Below, piece after piece: positions 23,497 to 30,125 of a stretch of DNA of 32,000 nt. Positions within the stretch are counted from its first letter, which is position 1. Every line of letters begins with the position of its first letter. Below the pieces are notes generated by a model. That model was not told where the DNA came from and did not search any database. It saw nothing but the letters and a program-made list of their open reading frames with translations. The DNA comes from Xanthomonas campestris pv. campestris str. ATCC 33913. Its GTDB lineage: Bacteria; Pseudomonadota; Gammaproteobacteria; Xanthomonadales; Xanthomonadaceae. The position numbers were made by a program, and so were the translations under genes. The DNA is taken from the NCBI RefSeq assembly GCF_000007145.1, contig NC_003902.1, positions 2,246,497 to 2,278,496 of the forward strand. The letters run 5' to 3'.

Positions 23497-23721
23497 GGAG
23501 GCGCTTTCCGGAAGGCGCCGCAAGCGTGCGGCGATGGAATGCATCTTGCAGGACACAGCGACGGGTTTCGAATCAGGGAGTCAGGTGAGGTGGCTCATGA
23601 TTTTCCTGACACCTAGTGGGGAATTCCCCTACAGCTAGTGCGAGCTCAAGCGTGCCCGCCGGAATTCCGTCACTGTTTTGTGGCAGCGGCCGCGTTGCGC
23701 GGCGCTGCCCGGCTGGATCGG

Positions 23722-24387
23722 CTAGACCAGCTCGTTGTGATGCTTGGCGGCCAGCAGCACCAGATCATTGGCGCGGCGGCACCCCAGCGATTCCATCATG
23801 CGGGCACGGTGGGTTTCCACGGTCTTGACGCTGATGCCGAGGTCGGCGGCGATTTCCTTGTTGCTCTGGCCGCGGCCGATCTCGCGCAGGATCTCGCGCT
23901 GGCGCGGTGACAGCGCGGCGATGCCGACCGGTTTTTCGCGGCCCAGCATCGGGGCGATCATCTTCGAAGAGATCTGCGGGCTCAGGAACACCTGCCCGGC
24001 GGCGGCGGCGCGCAAGGCCAGCTCCAGTTCCAGTGGGGCGGCGTCCTTGACCACGAAACCGACTGCGCCGCGATCGAGCGCATCGCGCACGTGCACCGGG
24101 TCGTCGTGCATGGACATCATCACCACATGGGTGCGCGGCGCGGCCCGCAGCACATCGGTCATGGCATCCAGCCCGCTGCGGCCGGGCAGGGACAGGTCCA
24201 TCAGCACCAGGTCTGGCCGGTGCAGGGAGGTCATGTCCAGGGCTTGTTGCGCATTGCTCGCTTCGCCGACCACATCGATGCCGGAAAAGGTCTGCAGCAG
24301 CCTCGACAGGCCAGCGCGAACAAGGGTGTGATCGTCGACGATGATGACTCGCACGGCGGAGAAGAGACCTTTTTTTGTAAAGGGCAC
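23722..24387 (-). CDS. NarL/FixJ (LuxR-type HTH) response regulator (221 aa)
   Basis: ORF 23722..24387(-) contains VIIVDDHTLVRAGL, LVLMDLSLPGRSG (acceptor Asp), and a C-terminal LSPRQREILREIGRGQSNKEIAADLGISVKTVETHRARMMESLG (LuxR/GerE HTH). Confidence 0.9.
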   Translation of the reverse strand: MPFTKKGLFSAVRVIIVDDHTLVRAGLSRLLQTFSGIDVVGEASNAQQALDMTSLHRPDLVLMDLSLPGRSGLDAMTDVLRAAPRTHVVMMSMHDDPVHVRDALDRGAVGFVVKDAAPLELELALRAAAAGQVFLSPQISSKMIAPMLGREKPVGIAALSPRQREILREIGRGQSNKEIAADLGISVKTVETHRARMMESLGCRRANDLVLLAAKHHNELV

Positions 24388-24423
24388 CTTAGCCGACGCG
24401 GCGCCTGAGCGCCAACCATCGGT

Positions 24424-24990
24424 TCAGCGCTGGCGACGGGCGTCGGCGATCTGACGGCGATGCAAACGAAACAGATGACGTTCCAGGGCGTCCTGCAGAC
24501 CGGTCCCCAGTGGGGCAAAGCGTAACCACAGCCAGTGCTGTTGACCATCGCTTGCGCTCGCCAGGACGTCGGCAGGCAGTTGTAACAATTCAGGAAGCCA
24601 GTCCGACGGCTGCAGCAGAACGCTGCCAGTTGTGCCGGGCGGGTGCGCGTGCGGGCTGGCCAGCCGGATGCCGCGCACCGACCAATGCACCGTGCCCAGC
24701 GCCAGGCGGGTGTCGCTCTGGCGGACCAGGCGGCCGATCAGGGCCAGGATGAGGTCGAGTTTGGCGTCCATGCGCTGCACCAGCAGCGGCAGCTCGCCGC
24801 GCTCCTCGCTGCTGTCTTCGCTGCGCAGGTCTTCGACCTGGCCGAGGCTGCGCAATAGGGTTTCGGCAGTGGCGTGCGAGCCGGGGTCGGCCGTGACGTG
24901 GAAGCCGGCCGGCAGGCGCAGCTCGCAGCTGAGCGTGTCGGCGAACAGCTCGGTATCGGCCGCCGGTGCGAGCGTGCCGAGCGTGGACAT
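24424..24990 (-). CDS. Conserved flagellar-cluster protein (188 aa), possibly a non-canonical PilZ-type c-di-GMP receptor
   Basis: ORF 24424..24990(-) starts with an ATG that overlaps the stop of the upstream small ORF (TGATG). The sequence has ...VRQSDTRLALGTVHWSVRGIRL..., only a partial resemblance to the PilZ RxxxR / (D/N)xSxxG motifs, plus an Arg-rich C-terminus (HRRQIADARRQR). The functional call rests mostly on synteny as I recall it from Xanthomonas flagellar clusters. Confidence 0.45.
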   Translation of the reverse strand: MSTLGTLAPAADTELFADTLSCELRLPAGFHVTADPGSHATAETLLRSLGQVEDLRSEDSSEERGELPLLVQRMDAKLDLILALIGRLVRQSDTRLALGTVHWSVRGIRLASPHAHPPGTTGSVLLQPSDWLPELLQLPADVLASASDGQQHWLWLRFAPLGTGLQDALERHLFRLHRRQIADARRQR

Positions 24991-25283
24991 CAGATGCGTC
25001 CGACGCGTGCGTAGGCGCGGCTGGCTGTGGCCGAGGTGCGCTGCGCGCGGATCAGCTCCAGCAACTTGCGCTGGCGCTCGCGCATCATCCGCACCAGCTC
25101 CTGCTGCATGGCCTGCAGCGCTTGCACCGCATCGCGGTCCTGCGCCACATCGGCATGCTTGCAGTATTCCTGCACGTGCAGGTCGTGGACATCGAGCATG
25201 TGCGGCATCACCTCGAACTCCTCGCGCGACATCGCGATGCGGATCTCGGACACTTCGTCTTGAAGGCTTTGCACACTATGCAT
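24990..25283 (-). CDS. Small helical protein (97 aa), FliT-like flagellar chaperone candidate
   Basis: This lies inside ORF 24990..25340(-). From the ATG at 25281-25283, 9 nt after the fliS stop, it reads MHSVQSLQDEVSEIRIAMSREEFEVMPHMLDVHDLHVQEYCKH...QQELVRMMRERQRKLLELI. Its size, helical character and position after fliS fit FliT. Sequence recognition is weak. Confidence 0.45.
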   Translation of the reverse strand: MHSVQSLQDEVSEIRIAMSREEFEVMPHMLDVHDLHVQEYCKHADVAQDRDAVQALQAMQQELVRMMRERQRKLLELIRAQRTSATASRAYARVGRI

Positions 25284-25291
25284 GGGAGGAC

Positions 25292-25705
25292 TCACGAGGC
25301 GGCAGCGATGCCGCGTTGATCGAGGGGGATGGAGTTCCACGCCGAGTCGATTTCGCTGAGCAGATCCAGCGCTTCGGTCAACGCGGTCTCGTCGTTGTGC
25401 AGATTGGCCGCGGTCAGGCGCTGGATCACGTAGTCGTACAGGGCCGACAGGTTACCAGCGATCTCACCGCCGGCTTCGTGATCGAGCGAGCCGTTGAGAT
25501 GGCCGACGATTGCGCAGGCTTCGCCAATGGCCTTGCCCTTGCGCGCCTGGTCGCCCTGCGCCAGGCATGCCTGGGCCAGACGAATGCGTTGGCAGGCACC
25601 GGCAAACAGCAGCGACACCAACTTGTGCGGATCGGCTTCGGTCACGCTGGTGGACACGCCGACCTTGCGGTATTGCTCGGCGTACTGACGATTGGAACCG
25701 TACAT
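25292..25705 (-). CDS. fliS: Flagellin-specific chaperone FliS (137 aa)
   Basis: This lies inside ORF 25292..25765(-). The ATG at 25703-25705 is preceded by GAGGGAG. The product is MYGSNRQYAEQYRKVGVSTSVTEADPHKLVSLLFAGACQRIRLAQ...AIGEACAIVGHLNGSLDHEAGGEIAGNLSALYDYVIQRL, the FliS four-helix signature. Confidence 0.93.
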   Translation of the reverse strand: MYGSNRQYAEQYRKVGVSTSVTEADPHKLVSLLFAGACQRIRLAQACLAQGDQARKGKAIGEACAIVGHLNGSLDHEAGGEIAGNLSALYDYVIQRLTAANLHNDETALTEALDLLSEIDSAWNSIPLDQRGIAAAS

Positions 25706-25810
25706 GGATGACTCCCTCAATTGGCTGGCCTTCGCTGGTCCCGGAGCTGGGAGCTCCTGCGACAACGCTCCTGCCAGAAGGCAAGGCCGATATCACGATA
25801 GGTACTTCTT

Positions 25811-25838
25811 TTATCGGCAAGACCAAGGCGTGACTTGA
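25811..25838 (-). promoter_or_regulatory. Sigma-28 (FliA)-type promoter upstream of fliS
   Basis: The minus strand reads cTCAAgtcacgccttggtcttGCCGATAAaag. The -10 is a perfect GCCGATAA. The -35 is TCAA (consensus TAAA), and the spacer is 16 nt (consensus 15). Confidence 0.55.
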
Positions 25839-25852
25839 GGACGTGCATCACA

Positions 25853-27181
25853 TCATTTGATCGCGAGCAGGCTGCTGAGCGAACCGGTGGCGCCCTGCAT
25901 CTTGCTGATCATGGTTTCCATCGCGGTGAACTGCGCGGTGTAGCGGTCGGTGAGCTTTTCCATGCGCGCATCGAGGTTGTCCAGGTCGGCCTCGAAGCCC
26001 TTGATCTGCTTGTTCAAGCTGTCCGAACGCAGGGTCAGGGTGCCGTTGTTGACGTTGACGTTGGCGTCCAGCAGCTTGGTCAGCCCGCTGCCGAACTTGC
26101 TGTCCTTGCCCAACGCCTCGGCGGCCGCGCCACCATCGGCGGCGATGGCGGTGTCGAACTTGCCGCCATCGAAGCTCATCACGCCATCCTTGTCGATGGT
26201 CAGGCCCAGCGCCTTGAGCTCGCTGATGCTGCCGCTGACCTGGCCGCGCAACTGCTGCTGCAGGCCGCGCACCAGCGAGTCGCCGGTCAGCGCCGAGGCG
26301 GTGCGGGTTTCGGCGTTGTAGCTGCTGCTGTTCTTGAGCAAGGTGTTGGCGGTGTTGTAGGCCGCCGCAAATGCGGTGAGGTTGCCCTTCAGCCCGCTGG
26401 TGTCGGCAGTGACGCCCAGGGTGACCTTGGTGCCTTCGGCGGCCTTGGTCAGGTTGAGCACCACGCCCGGCACGATGTCGGTGACGGTATTGGAACTGGA
26501 GGTGCGCTCGAAGCCGTCCACGCGCACCAGCGCGTCGGCGGCGGCCACCTGCTGGGTCAGCCCGCCAGTGACGCCGGCGCCAAAGGTAAGCGCGCTCAGG
26601 CTGGGGTCGCTGGCACTGACGGTCAGTGCGCCCTTGGTGCCGGTGTCGACGGCGTTGAACACCAGATGCTGGCCATCGTTGGCGGTGACCACGCTGGCAG
26701 TGACGCCCTTGCCGCCGGCCGCCTTGTTGATGGCTGCGGCAATGTCGGCGAGCTTGTCGGTGCCGCTGATGTCCACGGTGATGCTTTTGTCGCCGTAGCC
26801 AATGGTGAGCGTGCCGCTGCCAACAGTGGCATCGGCGGTGAATGCGCCGGAGGCCAGTTTCTGGGCGCTGGCCAGCGACACCACTTCCACCGAGTAGTTA
26901 CCCGGCGCCGCCGAGCTGGTGGTGGTGGCGGTAAAGCCGGCATCGGTCGGGACGCTGGCCTTGTAGGCATTGGTGTCGGCACTGCTGACCACCTTGTCCA
27001 GCGCAGACTTGAGCGTGGTCATGCTGCTCTTGATCTGGCTGATCGCCGACAGCTGCGTGGTGGCGGCGGTGCCGGCCTTGTTGATGCGTGCCTGCTCCGG
27101 ATCCTTCTGACGGGACACCAGGGTGGACACCACGGTGGGGATATCCAGCCCGGAGCTGGACGTACTGATCACCGATGCCAT
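25853..27181 (-). CDS. fliD: Flagellar filament cap protein FliD (442 aa)
   Basis: This lies inside ORF 25853..27352(-). The ATG at 27179-27181 is preceded by GAGGAA. The product begins MASVISTSSSGLDIPTVVSTLVSRQKDPEQARINK...QLSAISQIKSSMTTLKSAL and ends ...RYTAQFTAMETMISKMQGATGSLSSLLAIK (FliD N- and C-terminal domains). Confidence 0.93.
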   Translation of the reverse strand: MASVISTSSSGLDIPTVVSTLVSRQKDPEQARINKAGTAATTQLSAISQIKSSMTTLKSALDKVVSSADTNAYKASVPTDAGFTATTTSSAAPGNYSVEVVSLASAQKLASGAFTADATVGSGTLTIGYGDKSITVDISGTDKLADIAAAINKAAGGKGVTASVVTANDGQHLVFNAVDTGTKGALTVSASDPSLSALTFGAGVTGGLTQQVAAADALVRVDGFERTSSSNTVTDIVPGVVLNLTKAAEGTKVTLGVTADTSGLKGNLTAFAAAYNTANTLLKNSSSYNAETRTASALTGDSLVRGLQQQLRGQVSGSISELKALGLTIDKDGVMSFDGGKFDTAIAADGGAAAEALGKDSKFGSGLTKLLDANVNVNNGTLTLRSDSLNKQIKGFEADLDNLDARMEKLTDRYTAQFTAMETMISKMQGATGSLSSLLAIK

Positions 27182-27236
27182 GTTGCATTCCTCGTCTGGG
27201 CATCCGGAAAGCGGATGCATGGGATTACGAGACGGG

Positions 27237-27262
27237 TATCGGCCGCATCCGGGAGGACTTGA
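27237..27262 (-). promoter_or_regulatory. Weak sigma-28-like motif in the fliD leader
   Basis: The minus strand reads cTCAAgtcctcccggatgcgGCCGATAcc. This is TCAA-N15-GCCGATAc, with correct spacing and one -10 mismatch at the last position. It lies downstream of the sigma-54 promoter at 27299-27312. Confidence 0.35.
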
Positions 27263-27298
27263 GCGGCGTCGACGGGTCTGATTGACCCGAAGAGACAT

Positions 27299-27312
27299 GC
27301 AACTTCCATGCC
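27299..27312 (-). promoter_or_regulatory. Sigma-54 promoter for fliD
   Basis: The minus strand reads gccaGGCATggaagTTGCAtgtctc. The GG-N10-GC spacing is correct, and the predicted +1 is about 27287 (a 106-nt leader). Confidence 0.6.
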
Positions 27313-27351
27313 TGGCGCGTCGGTTGTTTGGCGTCAAGAAACCCGCGCCCA

Positions 27352-27377
27352 CAAAAAAGCCCCTCCGGAGAGGGGCT
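27352..27377 (-). terminator. Rho-independent terminator after fliC
   Basis: The stem pairs agcccctc (27358-27365) with gaggggct (27370-27377) around a 4-nt loop. On the minus strand it is followed by TTTTTTG (plus-strand aaaaaa at 27353-27358). It lies 25 nt after the fliC TAA. Confidence 0.8.
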
Positions 27378-27401
27378 CTAGCGTTGCTGTGACGCTGCCG
27401 A

Positions 27402-28601
27402 TTACTGCAGCAGGCTCAGCACGTTCTGCGGAACCGACTTGGCCTGGGCCAGCATCGCGGTACCCGCCTGCTGCAGGATCTGCGTACGGGTCAGCTCGGC
27501 GGTGGTCTTTGCGTAGTCGGTATCGGCGATCCGGCTGCGCGAGGCCGTCAGGTTCTCCGAAGTGGCGGCCAGATTGGCGATGGTGGAGGTGAAGCGGTTC
27601 TGCACCGCACCCATGTCGGCGCGCGAGGAGTTGACCGATGTCAATGCCTTGTCGACGATTTCCAAGGCTTTCTGGGCGCCCGAGAATGTGGAGATATCCA
27701 GGCTGCTGAGGGTGGAAGCGGTGGAGCCGGAAGCGGCCGAGGCGGTCTGGATGCCTGCACCGGCGGTGATGCCCGCGGCGCCGGAGGTGCCGCCGGACAG
27801 CGAGGTGAAGTCCTGGCCAGCCTTCAGCGACTCGAGCTTCACGTTGCCGCTGGTGTCGATCGAGGCATACATGCCGGTCTGATCCAGCTTATCGTTGATC
27901 GCCGAGGCAACTTTCTTGTTGATGTCTGCCGCAGTATCGCCGGAAGCGATCTTGATATCGGCGACGGCAACGCTTTTTGCAGCGCCGGAGGCATCCTTGA
28001 AGGCCAGAGTGATACCGCTGAGCGAACCCGACGCGGTGGCCGCGCCGGTGACGCCAGCGCCGGACACCGATGCTGCGAAGTTGGCCTTGCCTAACGAATC
28101 GACATTGGCGTCGACGATGCTGTTGATGCCGATGGTCTGGCCAGCGTCGGCACCCACCTGGAACAGCGCGCCGGAGAAGTCGCCGTTCAACAGCTTGGTG
28201 CCGTTGAAGCTGGTCTGGTTGGCGACGCGATCGATTTCCGAGGTGAGCTGCTTGACTTCGGAGTTCAGTGCTTCACGGTCGGTGGCCGAGTTGGTGGCGT
28301 TGGCTGACTGCACCGACAGCTCACGGATACGCTGCAGGTTGTTGCCGATTTCGACCATCGCGCCTTCGGCGGTCTGGGCCAGTGAGATACCGTCGTTGGC
28401 GTTGCGCGAGGCAACGTCCAGGCCGCGGATCTGCGTGGTGAAGCGCTCTGAAATCGCCAGGCCCGCGGCATCGACCGAGGCGCTGGTGATGCGCTTGCCC
28501 GAGGACAGCTGCTGAATGCTCAGCGCCATGCTCGAACTGTTGGTGTTGAGGTTACGCTGAGCGTTCAGCGACATTACGTTGGTGTTGATTACCTGTGCCA
28601 T
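27402..28601 (-). CDS. fliC: Flagellin FliC (399 aa)
   Basis: This lies inside ORF 27402..28634(-). The ATG at 28599-28601 is preceded by AGAGGAGA. The product begins [54 protein letters not shown]... and ends ...[70 protein letters not shown] (D0/D1 domains). Confidence 0.97.
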   Translation of the reverse strand: MAQVINTNVMSLNAQRNLNTNSSSMALSIQQLSSGKRITSASVDAAGLAISERFTTQIRGLDVASRNANDGISLAQTAEGAMVEIGNNLQRIRELSVQSANATNSATDREALNSEVKQLTSEIDRVANQTSFNGTKLLNGDFSGALFQVGADAGQTIGINSIVDANVDSLGKANFAASVSGAGVTGAATASGSLSGITLAFKDASGAAKSVAVADIKIASGDTAADINKKVASAINDKLDQTGMYASIDTSGNVKLESLKAGQDFTSLSGGTSGAAGITAGAGIQTASAASGSTASTLSSLDISTFSGAQKALEIVDKALTSVNSSRADMGAVQNRFTSTIANLAATSENLTASRSRIADTDYAKTTAELTRTQILQQAGTAMLAQAKSVPQNVLSLLQ

Positions 28602-28697
28602 TTTGATATCTCCTCTAAGCGATTTTTCCGGCAAGGGGGCTTGCCTGGAGCCTCCGCAGGGGGGCCATCAAGTTGGCCGTTGCCGCTGCTGAGATGA

Positions 28698-28724
28698 ATA
28701 ACGGCGATGCTCTGGGAACCTTTA
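28698..28724 (-). promoter_or_regulatory. Sigma-28 (FliA) promoter for fliC
   Basis: The minus strand reads gcgcTAAAggttcccagagcatcGCCGTTATtcatc. This is TAAA-N15-GCCGTTAT against the consensus TAAA-N15-GCCGATAA. An A/T-rich tract lies immediately upstream (28725-28760). Confidence 0.75.
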
Positions 28725-28864
28725 GCGCATTTCAGTATTTTTTTTCTATTTCTTGCTTGAAGGCGCAACGCGCGTAGCGTTGTGTATCAAGGGGTTCGGT
28801 TTATTCGGCAGCAACTGCCAGATCTTTAGCGTTGGTATAAATGCACCCGCGATAAACTCCGTTG

Positions 28865-28890
28865 CCTTCGCACATTGCTTGGTGCGAAGG
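28865..28890 (-). terminator. Hairpin after flgL (possible weak terminator)
   Basis: A 9-bp stem pairs ccttcgcac with gtgcgaagg around an 8-nt loop, 30 nt after the flgL stop. The downstream minus-strand sequence (caacggagtttatcg) is only weakly U-rich. Confidence 0.4.
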
Positions 28891-28919
28891 GGCAGGAAAC
28901 CACGGGTTTTTGCGCGCAA

Positions 28920-30125
28920 TCAGCGGATCAGATTGAACAGCGAAGACGACTGCATCTGCTGAAAGATCGTTTGCGCTGCCTGCAAGGAGGCGCGCTCAAG
29001 TTCGTACTGCCCAATGGCCGAGGCGTAGTCCAGATCGCGGATCGACGACAAGGTGGTCTTGAGCGTGACTTCGTTGGATTCGAGCAAGGAATTGGCGTTG
29101 TCGATCGCCGACAACTGCGCGCCGCCAGAGGCGCGCGCATCGATCATCTTGGAAGAAGCCTGCGCGATGTCGCGCATGGACGACTGCAGCGTGTTGATCA
29201 TGGCCGCCTTCTGGGTCGGCGTCTGCGTATCGGAATTCAGCGCGGCGACCATGTCGTCGATGGTGGAGAACACGTCCTTGGTGCCGGAAGCGCCGATCTG
29301 GAAACTGTCACCCACCGCAGGCGCGCCGCTGATGCGCATGCGCACCCCGGCGGCGTTGATGTCTCCGCCATCCTTATAGGTACCGGTGCTCACCAACGCG
29401 TTGGTGCTGTCGCGCACCTCGTAGGTGTCGGCGGCGGTGAACTGCACGCTATAGCTGCCACCGTTCCAGCTGCCAGAGCTGGCGTCGCGGCTGAAATCCA
29501 GCAGCAGGCCGGTCCCGGTATTGGTGGCATTGGCGTGCGCATCCACGCTGCCGTCGCCGGTGCGGATGCGCATGAAGATTTCGCTGCCGGGCAGGGTGTC
29601 GCTGACGAAGGTGTCCGGCGCCACTTCCACCTGCCTCTGGGTCTGGTCGCCGTTGTAGAGCACGTTGCCGTTGCTCTTGATGAAAGGCGCATTGCCATCG
29701 GCTGTGCCGGCGAACAGGTAGCGGCCGGTGCCGTCGGTGCTGTTGGCCAGGCTCACCATGCTGTCGCGCAAGGCGGTCAGTTCCGAGGCGATCGCTTTAC
29801 GGTCGTCGGGGCTGAGCGAGGAGTTATTGGACTGCACCGCCAATTCGGTGACGCGCGCCATTTTGTCGCCGGCCTGCGCCAGGGCGTTTTCCTGCAGGCC
29901 GAGCCGGTTCTGCACGTTGTTGGCGTTCTCGCCGAAGCGGGTGATCGCCGCCAATGCGCGATCCAGGCCGACCGCAGTGCCTGCGGCGACCGGATCGTCC
30001 TTGGCAGTGACCAGGCGCTGCCCACTGGAGAGCTGGGCTTCCAATTGGTTCAGTCGCGACTGCTTGGCCGTCATCGCCGACACCGACTGGCTGTACATCA
30101 TGCTGGTGGAGATACGGTTGGTCAT
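28920..30125 (-). CDS. flgL: Flagellar hook-filament junction protein FlgL / HAP3 (401 aa)
   Basis: ORF 28920..30125(-) contains MTNRISTSMMYSQSVSAMTAKQSRLNQLEAQLSSGQRLVTAKDDPVAAG..., ...RVTELAVQSNNSSLSPDDRKAIASEL... and ...YLFAG. It has flagellin-like N- and C-termini characteristic of FlgL. Confidence 0.95.
   Translation of the reverse strand: MTNRISTSMMYSQSVSAMTAKQSRLNQLEAQLSSGQRLVTAKDDPVAAGTAVGLDRALAAITRFGENANNVQNRLGLQENALAQAGDKMARVTELAVQSNNSSLSPDDRKAIASELTALRDSMVSLANSTDGTGRYLFAGTADGNAPFIKSNGNVLYNGDQTQRQVEVAPDTFVSDTLPGSEIFMRIRTGDGSVDAHANATNTGTGLLLDFSRDASSGSWNGGSYSVQFTAADTYEVRDSTNALVSTGTYKDGGDINAAGVRMRISGAPAVGDSFQIGASGTKDVFSTIDDMVAALNSDTQTPTQKAAMINTLQSSMRDIAQASSKMIDARASGGAQLSAIDNANSLLESNEVTLKTTLSSIRDLDYASAIGQYELERASLQAAQTIFQQMQSSSLFNLIR

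Noticed and set aside
23683-23708. A GC-rich imperfect hairpin (gcagcggccgcg-ttg-cgcggcgctgc) after the LuxR-type regulator, considered as a rho-independent terminator.
   Set aside because: On the transcribed (minus) strand the stem is followed by cacaaaacag, not a U-tract, and the stem has a bulge. It may still pause or stabilise RNA, but it does not meet intrinsic-terminator criteria. The GC hairpin at 12309-12340 after the glycosyltransferase gene fails for the same reason.
28800-28860. A plus-strand sigma-28-like string (tttagcgttggtataaatgcacccgcgataaa) in the flgL-fliC spacer.
   Set aside because: The spacing between the TTAG/TAAA-like and CGATAA-like parts does not fit TAAA-N15-GCCGATAA. 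No plus-strand gene or plausible ORF lies downstream.
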